Source: Chlorokybus atmophyticus | Taxonomy: Eukaryota; Plantae; Mesostigma and Chlorokybus algae | Reading direction: 5' to 3' | Assembly: GCA_009103225.1 (NCBI GenBank) | Contig: RHPI01003587.1 | Span: 124,001 to 188,000, forward strand | Length of the DNA: 64,000 nucleotides | Part shown: positions 11,601-24,700 of the stretch, piece after piece | Numbering within the stretch: position 1 is the first letter of the stretch | Layout: the number at the start of each line of letters is the position of its first letter | Translations under genes and position numbers: made by a program | The notes under the pieces: model-generated | What the model saw: only the letters and a program-made list of their open reading frames with translations | Database searches by the model: none | What the model was told of the DNA's origin: nothing

Positions 11601-13324
11601 TCCTCCCTTTCTGAGTGTGCTAACTCAGAGTTGATGGGAAGCTGATGCACTGTCATAATCTTTTCAGATTGCTTGACCTCTATTCCTGGGGAAGATGTGA
11701 AGGACATTGTCACACCCGCTCCAAAGCCGTCCTCTCCGTCAAAGGTGAGCTGCCTACTGGAGAATGAGAGATTTGCACCAGCTCGAGCTAGCCAGTCCGT
11801 GCCAACCAGCAGGTCATCCATTGTTGAGGGGCTGACGTTTACGCGTACGGCATGCGTGACTTCACCAATGGTGATGGGGAGCTCCTCAAGCACTCCCAAA
11901 AAGGCGCACTTGTTACCATTGGCAACTCTCATGACTCGGCGGGTGGGTTGCATTGAACTTTGCAAGCATAAGGCTTCTACCAAGGTTATTCCCATCACAG
12001 TGCATGATGCACCTGAGTCAATCACAGCCTCCACCTCCCGACCCATAATAGTTACTGTAGCATAGGTGGCAGTATGCTCAGTAGACTCAGTCATGTGCAC
12101 CACTTGAGTGTCGCTCTTCTCAAGCTCTCTGACGTAGGTAGTCACTTGCTGTCTGTGTTGAGGACTCACTTTTAACAGTTGCTTGATAGAGATCTTGGCA
12201 GTGACGTAGTCCAATTGCTCAAGCACATCATAGTTCTCTCCCTTTGCCACTTGAGGTGAGGTGTGCATCTTCACAGGCTTGGTCCACACAGCTGTCACCT
12301 CTTCAGTCTCAGGTAGGTGTGGTGCAGATGCGCATGCTGCCGCAGCAGTGCTGCAGGAGGGCACATCAGATGCAGCTGGAATAAGCATGGTTGGCTTGTC
12401 ATGCTCAACCTCATCCTCACTGTCATTCATTGCCACCACCATAGACACTTTGGAGGTTGACCCCATCACGTTGCTTGGTGTTGCCTTTTGCTCCTTGACC
12501 TTGGCTGCTGCCCATTTGGGACACATGGGCTTGATGTGACCTGTCTCGTGACAATAATAGCACTGCCTGGTATCTGGTCTCACTCCTCCCTTGCCTGCAT
12601 AGGCGTTGCCTTGCTGATAAGCTTGAGGCTGTGTCTTTGTCACCACCTCTGCTGAATGTACCTTTTGTTCAGCCAATTGTTTCATCATAGCATCCATTTT
12701 CTTCTGCAAGTCTGCCAATGCAGTTGCCTCCTTTGCCAAGACTTGCTCTTTGCCAACTTGCGCTGCCTGCATAATACCCTTAAAATATACAGCATCATTG
12801 ATGGCTTGCTCCAATTCCTCAGGCCTTCTGTTGATAACCTTCTCACGCAAGTCTGGCCTCAAGCCTTGTATAAAGCGCGTCTTCTTCCAAGGGTTTGAGA
12901 ACTCTCCCCCCAAGCGATCCATGAGCTTCTTCAGGTGGTCTGCGTACGTGCGCACGCTCTCGTTGACGCCTTGCTTCTTGTCATGCAACTCATTCATGTA
13001 GATGCTTGGGTCTCCCACATCAAAGCGTTCTTTCATGGCCACTTTCAGTCCTGCCCAGGTGCTGAACTCACGAGTCAGGTACCAAGTCTGTGCCTCATCC
13101 CTCAGGTGTGTGGCTGCCAGCTTGTACGTGATCTCCTCATTCCAGTTATAGACATTAGCCATCATGTCTACATGCCTCAGCCATGCTATAACATCCTCCT
13201 TCAGCTGACCATGAAACGTAATGAGCTTTGGTGATGGCAGCACCACCCTGGGTACAGCAGAAGTAATCTCTGTCACTGCTGCCATGGTATTTTTCTGTTG
13301 CTTTTTTCTTTTCGTAGGTTCCAC
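8616..13324 (-). mobile_element. Ty3/Gypsy retrotransposon 1 gag-pol (gag, zinc knuckle, PR, RT, RNase H, integrase; no chromodomain)
   Basis: CYYCHETGHIKPMC, AVIDSGA, RLCIDYRKLN, FGLTNAP, FFDDII, TDAS/EKECLA, HHDNMHHP...CKSC (intact in copy 2), GIDLIGP, QSDNGKEF, GLVERIN. In-frame TGA at 9797-9799 between RNase H and integrase. N at 9597. Confidence 0.95.
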
Positions 13325-13969
13325 CCCCTCACTCAGGCTTAGCTGAGGGTTTTGTTGTAACCCCTTCCTGGTAAGTGGGCGGTCCTCAATTTTTGTTGGG
13401 TGGATGTTTTGTTGGCAGGCCCAAAGGAATTAATCAATAAAATTGTAGAGTATTGCTGTAGAGTATTGCTGGCACAACCTGCAAATACCCCCTCTCCCTC
13501 AACGTGAGGTGGAGTAATTTTATATGATTAAAACCCCCCACAGGAGTGTTTTGGTTGGTGATTTTCTGTTTTTCTTGCTGCAATTTTGGCTAAGTCCTTG
13601 GTCTCTCACAAGGGTGAGTTAGGCTGGAGCCCGTCCTTCGTCGTCACGCCTCGCAGCGCGTCGTCACATTTGCCGTCACACTTGCCGTCACACTTGCCGC
13701 CCCACGCCCTGCCACCCGCTGTTCCTTAATCCACTTAATACTCCAGAGTCAAGGTCGCGTCCTCAACTCAATTAAGTGATTACGAACGGCCCTGCAGTGC
13801 TGTTCGCGGCTACTGCCGTAGGTGTAACACCTACGTCCCCTTGGCAGTGCTACGCAACCCTACTTGGCGGTCGTAGGTTTCACACCTACACCGGCGGTCG
13901 TAGGTTTCATACCTAGTGGTGTCCGGTACCCCAGATGACTTATTATCACCGGCCTAACTGGCCCAATGA

Positions 13970-13983
13970 CCGCTCCGATACCA
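13970..13983 (-). promoter_or_regulatory. Primer-binding site, tRNA-iMet-like
   Basis: Minus strand TGGTATCGGAGCGG versus the canonical TGGTATCAGAGC. Confidence 0.75.
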
Positions 13984-14602
13984 AAAGAAGCCGGTGGGTG
14001 ACCGGTAGTGGCGCAGTCACCACCGTCATCCACGTGGCCTGTGCGCCGAACGTATTAGCACACACAGCTCATGCCCACCCGGGGAGGCAATGAGCAAAAT
14101 TCATTGTGAAATTGTGACATTCACATAAGCACGCCATGCATCATTCACTCAATTTTAGAAGTCATTCTTGTATTAAAGATGCTTGAAGAGAAGGCGGCTC
14201 CCGGGCTACCTACAAGTGAGCCGCCGAACTACCTTTATACCCTTGTCACTGGTCTTATCCAGCTAGGCATGCAATAACAAATAAGCTTATTAACCACTGT
14301 TTGATTAATAATGCAACTATTATATGCTGGCATAGCCACACTAGGGCATCTTCCCTAGCTATTTACAGCCATTTCCTGCAGTAAGACCCGTGGCTAACTG
14401 CCTTATTATGCGATCACATGGTTAAATAAATAACCAACATTATTTTAACTACATCAACACCTACTGGCCGTTGATGCAGCACCTCCTCGCCGTCTTCATC
14501 GCACGATCGTCACGCTCCGCGCACAGTCTTCATCGTTGTGTCGTGATTGGACCACGCGGCCTGGTCACTGTCTCGCTGCCGGGCACCCGTCTGGTACCCA
14601 CA
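13984..14602 (-). repeat. Putative 5' LTR of Gypsy-1 (~620 bp)
   Basis: Starts with TG at the junction with Gypsy-2 integrase and ends just before the PBS. The terminal CA is not evident. Confidence 0.65.
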
Positions 14603-17060
14603 TGCTGACCACATTATCAAGCTGAAGCTTAGGGTCTCTGTGATACACCATCCTGAACGGTGTCACGCGAGTGCTGCGTTGCTTGGTTACACGGTAGGTG
14701 AACAGCACTTGTTGCAAATTCTGCTCCCACCGATTTCCCACCATGCTTTTGAACAATGCCAACTTCACTGTCCCATTAATTCTCTCAACCAACCCATTTG
14801 TTTGCGGGTGGTAAGCGCCTGAGTTGACGTTCACAATATTGTAGCGTGACAGCAAGTCTTGCACTTCACTGTTGAGAAACTCTTTCCCATTGTCACTCTG
14901 AATGATAGTGGGAACACCATGACGGCAGATGATGTCCTCAAGCAGAAACTGGCGCACATGAATGCCCTCCTTTGAAGGAATTGCCTTTGCCTCGACCCAT
15001 TTGGTGAGGTAATCAATGGCCATAACAATGTACTTGTTGCCCTTTACTGTCTCAGGCAATGGTCCAATTAAATCAATTCCCACTCTGTGAAAGGCTTCCC
15101 CAGTTACTTTGATTGGATGCAAGGGAGCAGGCTCACGGGATGTACGCCGGTGCTCGTGGCAACTCTTGCAAGAGTTCACATACTCTGTCACTTTCTGAGT
15201 CATCCCATACCAGAAGAATCGAGGGCGCAACATTTCAAGCACCTTGCCAGCACTTGGGTGATGCATGTTGTCGTGATGCATCTGGATAATACCACGCCTC
15301 AGACTCTTAGGTGGAACTCTGCGAGTCACCATCTGTGGCTGATCATCCCCATCATAAGTGCTTCTCCCCTTCTTGTTGCCAGGCCTGGTTCAGACCTCAC
15401 TGCCTTTCATTGCAAAACCTTTGGCTCGCTTGCGTACTCGCCTTCTTTCTTGCTTTGACAGTGCTTTGATGCTGGATGGGTCCTTCAAGTATGTGAGCAA
15501 CACCTGATCATCCATCACATCTTTAATGGGCTTGCCAGCTGAAAGTTTTGATGGGGGTAAAATTTGCGCTTCAACTGGAGCCTCCACTATGTTTGATGGG
15601 GGTAAAATTTGCGCTTCAACTGGAGCCTCCACTATGTCCTCCCCTTTAACATCGTGGCTCACCTGAGCCACAAGGCTTGGCATAGTGTCTGATTCAGCAA
15701 CGTCCTCCCCCTCAGTGCATGTCTCAAGTGCCTCCTCTTGTGCCTCATTGCCGAGGTCAAGCTCATCAGAAGACATCCCCCCCACACGCACTACCTCTTC
15801 TTCAGCAGTGTACAAGTCCGGAGGATTGCGGCTCAGCGCATCCACATGGTCGTGGTTCTTGCCAGGCTCATACTCCACCACAAAGTCATACTCCTGCAGC
15901 TTGAGTGACCATCTGGTGAGCTTGCCCGTAGGATCAGCTGTATTCATCAACCATTTTAGAGGGCGATGATCCGTCACCACCGTGAAGGTAGTACCATGCA
16001 GGTAGTGCCTCCACACTCCACACGAGGCACTCTTTTTCAGTTACACTGTAGTTTCGCTCAGCCTTGTTGAGCATCCGGCTGGCATAAGCTACAACATACT
16101 CCTTGTTGTCCACACGCTGTGACAAATAGCTCCCAAAGCATAGTCTGAGGCATCCGTCATCACCACAAAAGGCATATCCAGATCTGGCCTCCTCAATACT
16201 GGAGCAGTGGTCAACGCGTGTTTCAGCTCATCAAACGCTTGCTGCTGCTCTCCCCCCCACACAAATGGCACCACACTCGACGTCAACTCAGTGAGTGGTT
16301 GTGTTTTTTTGCTGAAGTTCTCCACAAACCTTCTGTAGTATGAAGCTAACCCCAAGAATGAGCGCACACGTGTTTGTGTAGTTGGCACAGGGAACTCATG
16401 TACTGCCTTCAGCTTGCTGGCTTGTGGTTTCACCCCATTTTCCATTAGGTCATGTCCCAACATGTCAACCTCATACATGCCAAACTTGCACTTCTCGAGT
16501 GCCGCCACAAGCTGTGCGTCACGCAGGGCTTGCATCACCAAGTTCAAATGCTGAATGTGTTCCTCAAAGGTGTTGGAGTACACAATGATGTCGTCAAAGA
16601 ACACCAGCACGAATTTGTTGCTGTACTTGTTCAACACTTGCGTCATCAGCCTTTGGAACGTCGCTGGTGCATTGGTGAGACCGAAGGGCATGGTGTTGAA
16701 TACATACAATCCTGTCTTGGTCACAAAAGCTGTCTTCTCACGGTCGCGAGGCTCCACCCACACCTGATGGTAAGCAGACAGCAAGTCCAATTTGCTGAAG
16801 TACTTGGCTTTGCCCACACTGTCCAAAATGTCGTCACACCTTGGCACAGGAAACCTATCTTTCTTTGTGACCTCATTCAGCTTGCGGTAGTCTATGCAAA
16901 GCCGCCAGCCGCGGCCGTTAGGCTTGGGCACCATCACAATTGGTGAAGACCATGGGCTTGATGAAAGGCTCACAATGCCAGCCTGCAGCATGTGTTCAAC
17001 TTCTTCTTCAATCTGCTGATCCTCAGCACGTGAAGTGCGGTATGGCTTTTGCACAATGGG
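14603..17060 (-). mobile_element. Second, truncated copy of the same Gypsy family (RT-RNase H-integrase fragment)
   Basis: Near-identical to 9028-11478 with small independent indels. Same in-frame TGA at 15390-15392. Confidence 0.95.
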
Positions 17061-19018
17061 CACAATCCTTGTAACGTGGATCGAGAAAAAGGGCAAGCTG
17101 TGCTATTTGTGTGTCCATCTCCCTCACCTTGTGTTGAAGGAGTGCACCACGTGATGGCGCATGTCTGCACAGCAATTTCAAGAGGTGCAATGACATAACA
17201 ATGATACAAGCACACAGCAACATCAACATGGGAGCGCATGTGGCTACACACCTGCTGGCAACTTGACGTCTTTGATAGCCTTCGCCAAATAAAGCCAGTA
17301 CCTTGTGATGTCGGCAAGCGTGGCATTGTCCGCTTGCACGGCTGAGATGACCTTGCTAAATGGCTCTAGCAATTGGCAAAGGGCCGACAAGCCGTCCCAA
17401 AAGTCCTGGTTGTCAATGATTGTGATGATGGCCTTATTCTTGATGTCATCGCGGTATTGCCTACGTACATAACGCAGAGCACCTTATAAGCGTTGCACAG
17501 ATTGCAAACACCTATTCACACGCGACTGTTAGTGCACGCAACAACACACAGCAATGTTTGTAACAACAAACGTCACAGCTACACACACAGCACCTGTGCA
17601 CCGACGTGAAGCGAGTTTTATTGAAGCTGTGTAGGGTGGTGTTAACCCCGTCGGCTTTGGCAGCATCCTTGAGCAGTTGTAATGGCCTGTGAGAGGCTCG
17701 GAAGTATGTCACAATCTTCTGTGCATTGACAACAATGTTCTTGGCCCAATCGTAGCAGAGGCATGAGTTAGGAAGAACCCATGCATGAAGCACCTAAGCG
17801 CATGCATGCACAATGGTGAGAGCGTGCACATGATTCGGATGTGTATGCTGGTCAGCTTGTGAGGCTCACCTTAAGTCAATGATATGCTTGTACTCCTCTT
17901 CATTGGTAAGCAACCGCCGGGCGAGCTTCATGCTGGCAGCGTTGTCCGTAACCAAGGCAGCAACCTTGTTAGCTCCCACCTGGTTGATGCACTCACGGAA
18001 GATCTCTGCACGCCATTCACACAAACACATGTTAGCGCTGTGCCCACATAGCTTACGCAAGCATAACTTGTATTGACATGCAGCACATTAGCTTGTACTC
18101 ACCTGTCAAGTAAGTGGAAGTATGCCGCTCTGCACTTAGCTCTAAGGTTCCAAGCAAGTGGGCAAAACGATCTGCCGTTATCACATTGCACCCATACACT
18201 GATTGGTTGTTAACGTTGCTGCAGCCATCAATGCAAACACTAGCATTATATTCATCTTTCATGCGCTCTTGAAACTTGTGCTGCACTACAGAGTGCTGGT
18301 CGACAAGCAACCTAGTCTTCAGCTTTGTTGCACCTACACGCACACATTGTAAATTGCTGAGCATGGCTGCATCTGTACACACGCATACGCATGCATGCAC
18401 ATGCACGCACACACAATAGATGTAAAGCATTGCGGCACAGGCTCAATGCTTTATGAGCATGTTGTTGTGCTTGCCTGGAGGAATGTACAGAGGGCGTAGA
18501 GCTTGTATGAATGCGATGAAGTGGGGGTTGTCAGAGACGGCGAAAGGAAAGGCGCACATGACAAATGCCATCAACATCTTGGCATCCAGGTCTTGGCGCA
18601 ACGCCTTACCCACTTGCCCACTCTCATAATGTGCTGTCAACACAGATTGCTCAACCTTGCGCTTGCGTGTCTGTGTGACAGTAGACTGCGCTGCTGCAGC
18701 AACGCCATACTTCTCCACCAACGTCTCATGCAGAGCTGCACGCACAGGTGGAGGTACCTCTCTGCACTCAACACTAGTGTGCTTTTCCAAAGCTTCTACT
18801 CTACCATCCTTGTACTTCTTGCCGCAATACTTGCAAGCCGCCCCTTTACGCCTGTTGCGGTTGTTCAACCCCTCACACTCGTTGAAGTGCTCCCAAATCA
18901 TAGACTTGGGCGCTCCGTCCTTGTTCTGAACAGCAGGGGTACATGCGCTATCCTGCTCATGCTGACTGGCGGGCTCTTCCAGCCCGTCTGACAGGCTTAC
19001 CGCCATCAACGACGCCAT
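17061..19018 (-). pseudogene. hAT-1 transposase, N-terminal part (BED finger, DUF659-type core), with introns and stops
   Basis: IWEHF...CKYC...LEKHTSVEC (BED finger), CIDGCSN, VTDNAASM, CFMH, KTRF, LFLDPRYK. Confidence 0.85.
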
Positions 19019-19569
19019 CTAGGACGTCGCCCACCCGGCCGCCGCTGTGCTGCTGCTGCTACGGACTGTGGTTTGCAACGACAGCACTTTGACAGCGCGC
19101 GAATTTAAAATTTGCGACAAGTGCAAAGCCCCGCGCGAAAGTGTGTTTTGGCGCGAAATTGTGGGTTTCGCCATTTACGCGAAGTGGCACCCTTTGGTGC
19201 AATCTGGCGAAACCTCTGGCGAAACCCCAAATGGCGAAACCCGCGGGTTGCACCGCTATCACTGCAAATGCAGGAAAAGTGCTTGATCTTGAGCCGACGG
19301 CCCCGGCCACGCCCGGCCTGCGGCGGGAGCGCACGAGGCCGCGGCGTCTTAGAAATGATTAATGGTGTTGGGCATTAACCCAAGTTGATCGCTGTTAACG
19401 TTAATGGTTAATAAGTTAACATTAATGCCTAGTTAACGATTCGCACATGCTCGGTTTGCGGCAAAAGTACTGTCAATCGAGAGCTCTCGACAAGCTGAGC
19501 GAGATACGCTAGCAGGTTAACAGTTGCAATCTCATTTAAGCTCCAAACAAGCTGCGTCACTCAACCTCC

Positions 19570-21774
19570 ATGTCTGCTATGCTGCAAAGCTCAATGGCTG
19601 GTAGTTTGGAGCTAAACAAGTGGCCTAATGGGCACCTTTCCTCAAGCATGTACTCAGCCTGCTCATCTAACTCATCCTCATCATTATCTACTCCCCTCAT
19701 TAGCAATGCAATGTCAACAATAAACTGCTCTTCATCCGGAATGAACTCTGGCTCCTATCACGGGTCCAATTCAACCTCTAAAGACTCGCGCACCGTCTCC
19801 TCCACCGCATGCTTGGTAGCACCTTCCACCACATCATCATCAATTACAACAACATTGCGCTGAGGCATGTACCTGCGTCACAATGCATAAGAAACATGTC
19901 GCATAAGCTTGACATCATTTAATGCATGCAAATGCGCAACACGCATGTGCTTTCCACTGCATTTGAAGGTGCAGAGCGCTTGCGAGGGGGGAGAGATGAC
20001 TTGACCACCGCCATTTTCATTGCTCGTGCTACTTGCATGCGGTTGCGCCGCTTGGTGTGAATGTTGCCAAGCGCGGAGAAGAGGCGTTCGACCGAAGCCG
20101 AGTGCACCGTTTCGGCAAACAAACGCTCAGCAAGTGCTGGCAACTCTGGAGATAGCTGGCGCATCAACTTCCAAAAGAGCAAAGGCCGCTCTGCTATTTT
20201 TGTTAGGAGAACTTGGCCAAAATGCTTCTCTTTACACGATCCTCTAACATGGACTGGAAGCAGCGCTTGCCTGCAGCCTCATCATTCTCAATCACCCTCT
20301 TGTAAGCTTCCTTGGCCATTAAGGCTAGGTTGACATAAAAAAAAAAAGGTCCAGCTGTGTTAAGATGTTCAGTCTGCCTTGCGGGGTTCAAAACATACGC
20401 TAGCACAAAAAGTTGCTGCTCCATTTTACCCCAACGCTTCTCCAGACTCTCCAGGAGATGGGTGCTATAAACTTGGTCCTCACCAAATGCTGCAATGTCT
20501 GCAAAGCTATCCGCGATCCCAATGCCACGAAAATGTTGATATAACATACTGTACTTTTCAAACACATCGTCTAAGCGTGCTTGCTCAGCTTCCAAGCTTC
20601 TGATGACGACCTTGGGTGGCATAAGCTGACGAGCCGTGCGGTCTAGTGCTGTCCACATTGCTTGCTTGCTAACCAAATCCATAATGCCCTCCGCTTTCTT
20701 TTTCACATCAGCACTAGACCCCACGGACTGCACCAGCTCGCGGCGTGACATCAAGCACAACGTCCTCATGTCTCCTTCGACTTGCAGCAGCCGAATGATG
20801 GCGTCTACTTGCGATCCCCATCGTGTGGACACTGCAACTTTGAGCGCCTTGGGGCTGCTTATGCGACCTTGTAGTCAACCAAGAGGAACAGCATGGTTGT
20901 TAAACCAATTGATGGTTGCCGTGCAGTCTTTCAAAGCATTAGTAGCATTTTTGTTCATCTTGAAGTAGTCACCCACCAGCAAGTTGCCCTGCAATATATA
21001 TCAAGCTAAGTACATCAAGCATTTGCAACAAGCAATGACTGTGCGATGCAGGCAGCCGCATGCAGCATCTTACTTGATGAGCGTAGCAATCCAATGAAAG
21101 CATGAGGATGCTTCTCAAGAACAAGCCGGCGGGCCTTGCGGCAGTCTGCTGCTGCATCGGATACAATTGCAATGATTGTCGTATTGAAAGTGGTAGCAAT
21201 AAGATCTATTTCTTCCAGAATGATGTCTGCCAAGCCCTCGGCAAGCTTGCGCTGTGCAGTAATGTCATCACAACGATGCGGAAACACCTGGCAGTACAAC
21301 CATGTTCATGCAAAACCGCAACTTGCCGATCATCCGTGATGATAGTAAATGCCAGCAGCTGGCGGCGAACAATGTTGGTCCAACTATCGAGTACCAGGCA
21401 ACATCCTGCATCAGCACCAGTCAGATGCATGCTAGCATCACATGTGTGCACATGTGTGCATGTACACGACCATCTTGCACTCTCAGCTAGTGCTGACCTT
21501 TGCTCTGGCTCAAAGCTTCATGCATTGCCGCTTGCGCGACAGCAACTTCTTTGTCAAGGAGAGGACCACTTGTTTTCTTTTAAGAAGGCAAAGACACAGC
21601 AGGCCTCAAAAACTCAAACAACTTGCGAACTTCTGAAATGTCCATGCTGTTGAACGACCAATTGCTAGCAACAATTGCTCTCACTAGCAAACTATGGAAC
21701 TTGTGCTTGTCAGATACACTCAATGGCACATCTTTCAAAGGGACTCCACGAAATTTGGATTGCGACACATCTTC
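19570..21774 (-). pseudogene. hAT-2 transposase core and C-terminus
   Basis: LVLDSWTN, VSDAAAD, CYAHQ, STRWGS, AYVLNP, FWKLM...HSASVERLFSALGNIHTKRRNRM. In-frame TGA at 20875-20877. Confidence 0.85.
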
Positions 21775-24700
21775 TGTAGCAGCAGCACCGTCGCCGGTGA
21801 TGCCCCTTCAATCCTCTACCCCAACACCCACACCACCTGTGACAAGCCTCTCAACGGCGTGGCCACCACTGAGTAGAGAGCTGAAAGTCCCCACATCAGT
21901 TTGATGTGACCTTTTATATTAAGAGTATATGAACTATATACCTCTCGATGATTAACTCACAACTAGACATCGACCCTACAGATAGGGTAGTTAGGAAATC
22001 TAGCGTGAGCCAATCTCAGCTCAGATAAGGTACCTATCAATAAGGTACATATCCAAAGATACCTATCGTAAGGTACCTAACGAGATTGTGATCACATTGT
22101 ATCAATTGTGACACTAAGTAAGCTTGAATAAGCGGTTCTACACCCATTGGGACTTATTTAAGCTATGATAAAGCATCATAGCCTCTGATAAGCGAGGACC
22201 CGTAGAAAAGAGGTATAAATAAGCATATTTAGATACTTATTCATACAAAATGTGTTATTTAGGTAGCAATAATACCCCTATTACTATTGCTCCCGTTACA
22301 TTCCCCCCCACTTAGGTTTTTAACGTCCTCGTTGAACTCAAGTTGATCATGCTTGATTTCAAGTAATTGTAATCAGTGAGATAGCAGGAAATGACAGGGT
22401 GGTAATGAAACTGCCAGTCTGTCATAAACCAAGCCCACAGTTTATGGGACAGGCATGAATCTCAATAAGCTCGAAGCAACTCGCGGCAGTGCGTAAGATG
22501 CCTGTCGGGCTCCCAACTGTTATGTTCCGGGCCATACCCTTTCCATTTCACCAAATAGCGAGTTGCGCGTCCTCGACTATTTAGCTTATGGTTTCATATT
22601 ACGTCCACCTCTTAAATACATCTGGCACCACAGGGTCAGTTACGGCCTGTTCAATAGGTGTCTCTTCCTGTCGTAAGTGCATTAAAATTTACTTCCTCAC
22701 GTTTGCGCATGCAACGTTTCAGTTGCATAGCAGAGAGGAGCGGAACATTGTCGCGAGCAACACGTGCGAGTACAGGTGCGATTAACGTCACCTTACATTT
22801 ACCCTTACGAAGGGTGCACGTATTTGCTCGAGAGTCCAATTGCAAACCTGTTTCGGTGTGCCGCTGTTCTCCCAAAACAACATCCACCCCGGGGATACCT
22901 ATATCCGCCACGATGAAAGTTGGTCGAGTCTTGTGGCTGTTAATAACAAAACGCCCCTTCACCTCCCCAATGGCATTGAGGGTGGAACCAGCAGCACGTA
23001 CATACGACGTGACTGGTGTGAAAGGTATGTTATTACGTTGCACCCAAGCATGTTCAACAAAGTTATGGTTTGCACCGGTATCAATTAATGCTGTACATGG
23101 TGTGCGCATAAGTTGACTCTCACATCACCATTTGAGTGGTCCCGAGTGACCATCAAATGTAGCTAATGTCGGAGTGCCGTGATCGGTAGCAGGCTTGATA
23201 AAGATCACTTGCAACGGTGAAGCTCCTGTATCCTTGCGTGAGAGTTGCATAATTACTTCTCCCCCTTTTAACAATCGCGACCACGGGCCATGATATCGAG
23301 GGATAACTACTAGTACACATGCAGTGACAGCATGTTGTAATTGCAACTCGTGTAAGTGCTTAACAGCAGTTACTAATTTAAAAAATGGAACATTGATTAA
23401 AACACAACCGTTTGCATTTGTCAACACAGGTGGTGTGCTCATATCAGTCCATACATCTGATACATCACAAAGAGAGGAAACTTTATCAAGAAGTACAGAG
23501 TTTTCAAAGTCGTTCTGCTCGACTAAGCTACCAACCACGGACAATTCCTATTTCTTGTCCCTCTGCTGCTTGGCCTTCTGTGCATTCCGCTTTGCATAGC
23601 ACTTGGCCTCCTCATGACCTGTCTTCTTGCAGAAACTGCAAGTGATGATGGATTTGGCCGCGTTGTAGGGGCCAGCAGGCTGAGATGTTTTCGCCTTTTT
23701 TACAAAAGGTTTGTTGTCAGTGGCCGGGCGCTTTGCAGCTGAAACCGGGGCTGCCTCTTTTGCCGTGGTTTGCATGTTTGCGTGAGAGCGCTTTACACTG
23801 TCCACAGTAGCAACCATCTGCATCAGCATTTGTAAATCCGTCGAGGCCCACTCTTGCTGAACCGGACGCCCGTTCTGACGCAAGTTGTGCAGCTGGTTGC
23901 GAGCAACCTGGGCACGATCTGCGCCACCATAGCGCTGCTCCATGAAAGAGCACAACTGATTTACTTCCCACCCGAGGTTCGTATCCCGTTGCTTACGGCG
24001 ATACCACTTGGCCAGAGCATCGTTTGGGATCAGCAACTCAGCTACACGCAACTTCCCCTCCTCAGAAATGTGAAGGGAGTTGACATAGTGTCTTAGCTTC
24101 ACGAGCCAGTTGAAAATTGCCGCTTGTTTGTTGTAAACAAACTCGGCAGGTCGAGCAAGCGCCTGAACAGGTGGACCACTATCAGAGCGTTGAAGGCGCT
24201 CGATCATGTTCAAAACACGTTTTCCTTCACCCATCGATCCCTCCCAATCTCGCCCCATAAAGGTGGTGAGCTTTGCGATCTTTTCCGCCATATGAAAGAG
24301 GAAGTTGACAAGTGAGAGAATCGCCTCGCGAGGATCCTTATCATAGGTGCCAAGAAAATGGTCCATTAACTCTTGTTTTGTCAAGTGCATTGATCTTTCA
24401 AGCTGAACAAATGATGGTGGTGGTGGTGGTCCGTTTGGTTCCACCAAGCCATCCACATCCTTAGCAGCATGAGACTCATCAGGTGCATCATCCGGGTTGG
24501 AAATATCCTCCATGGAGAGAAACTCCTCCTCATGAGATAATTGCTCTTTTTGCGAGCTTTCCCCCTTTGAGGTGGGCACCGAGTTCTCTGCCATTTGTCT
24601 GCAAAACAGGCAAAATGGAATGGTGAGAATCTCACCAATGGTGTAGGTTCAATGAGAGGGTAAAAATGACCCCACGTTGTAAAAGTCTTAAACAGAGTCC

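Larger units (their letters stand above)
3064..19261 (-). mobile_element. hAT DNA transposon 1, interrupted by a 12.4-kb Gypsy composite
   Basis: Perfect 16-bp TIR TGATAGCGGTGCAACC (3064-3079; reverse complement 19246-19261). TGGCGAA(A) subterminal repeats at both ends. Transposase halves lie inside. No clean 8-bp TSD; a 10-bp direct repeat tgcaaatgca lies at 3051-3060 and 19263-19272. Confidence 0.8.
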
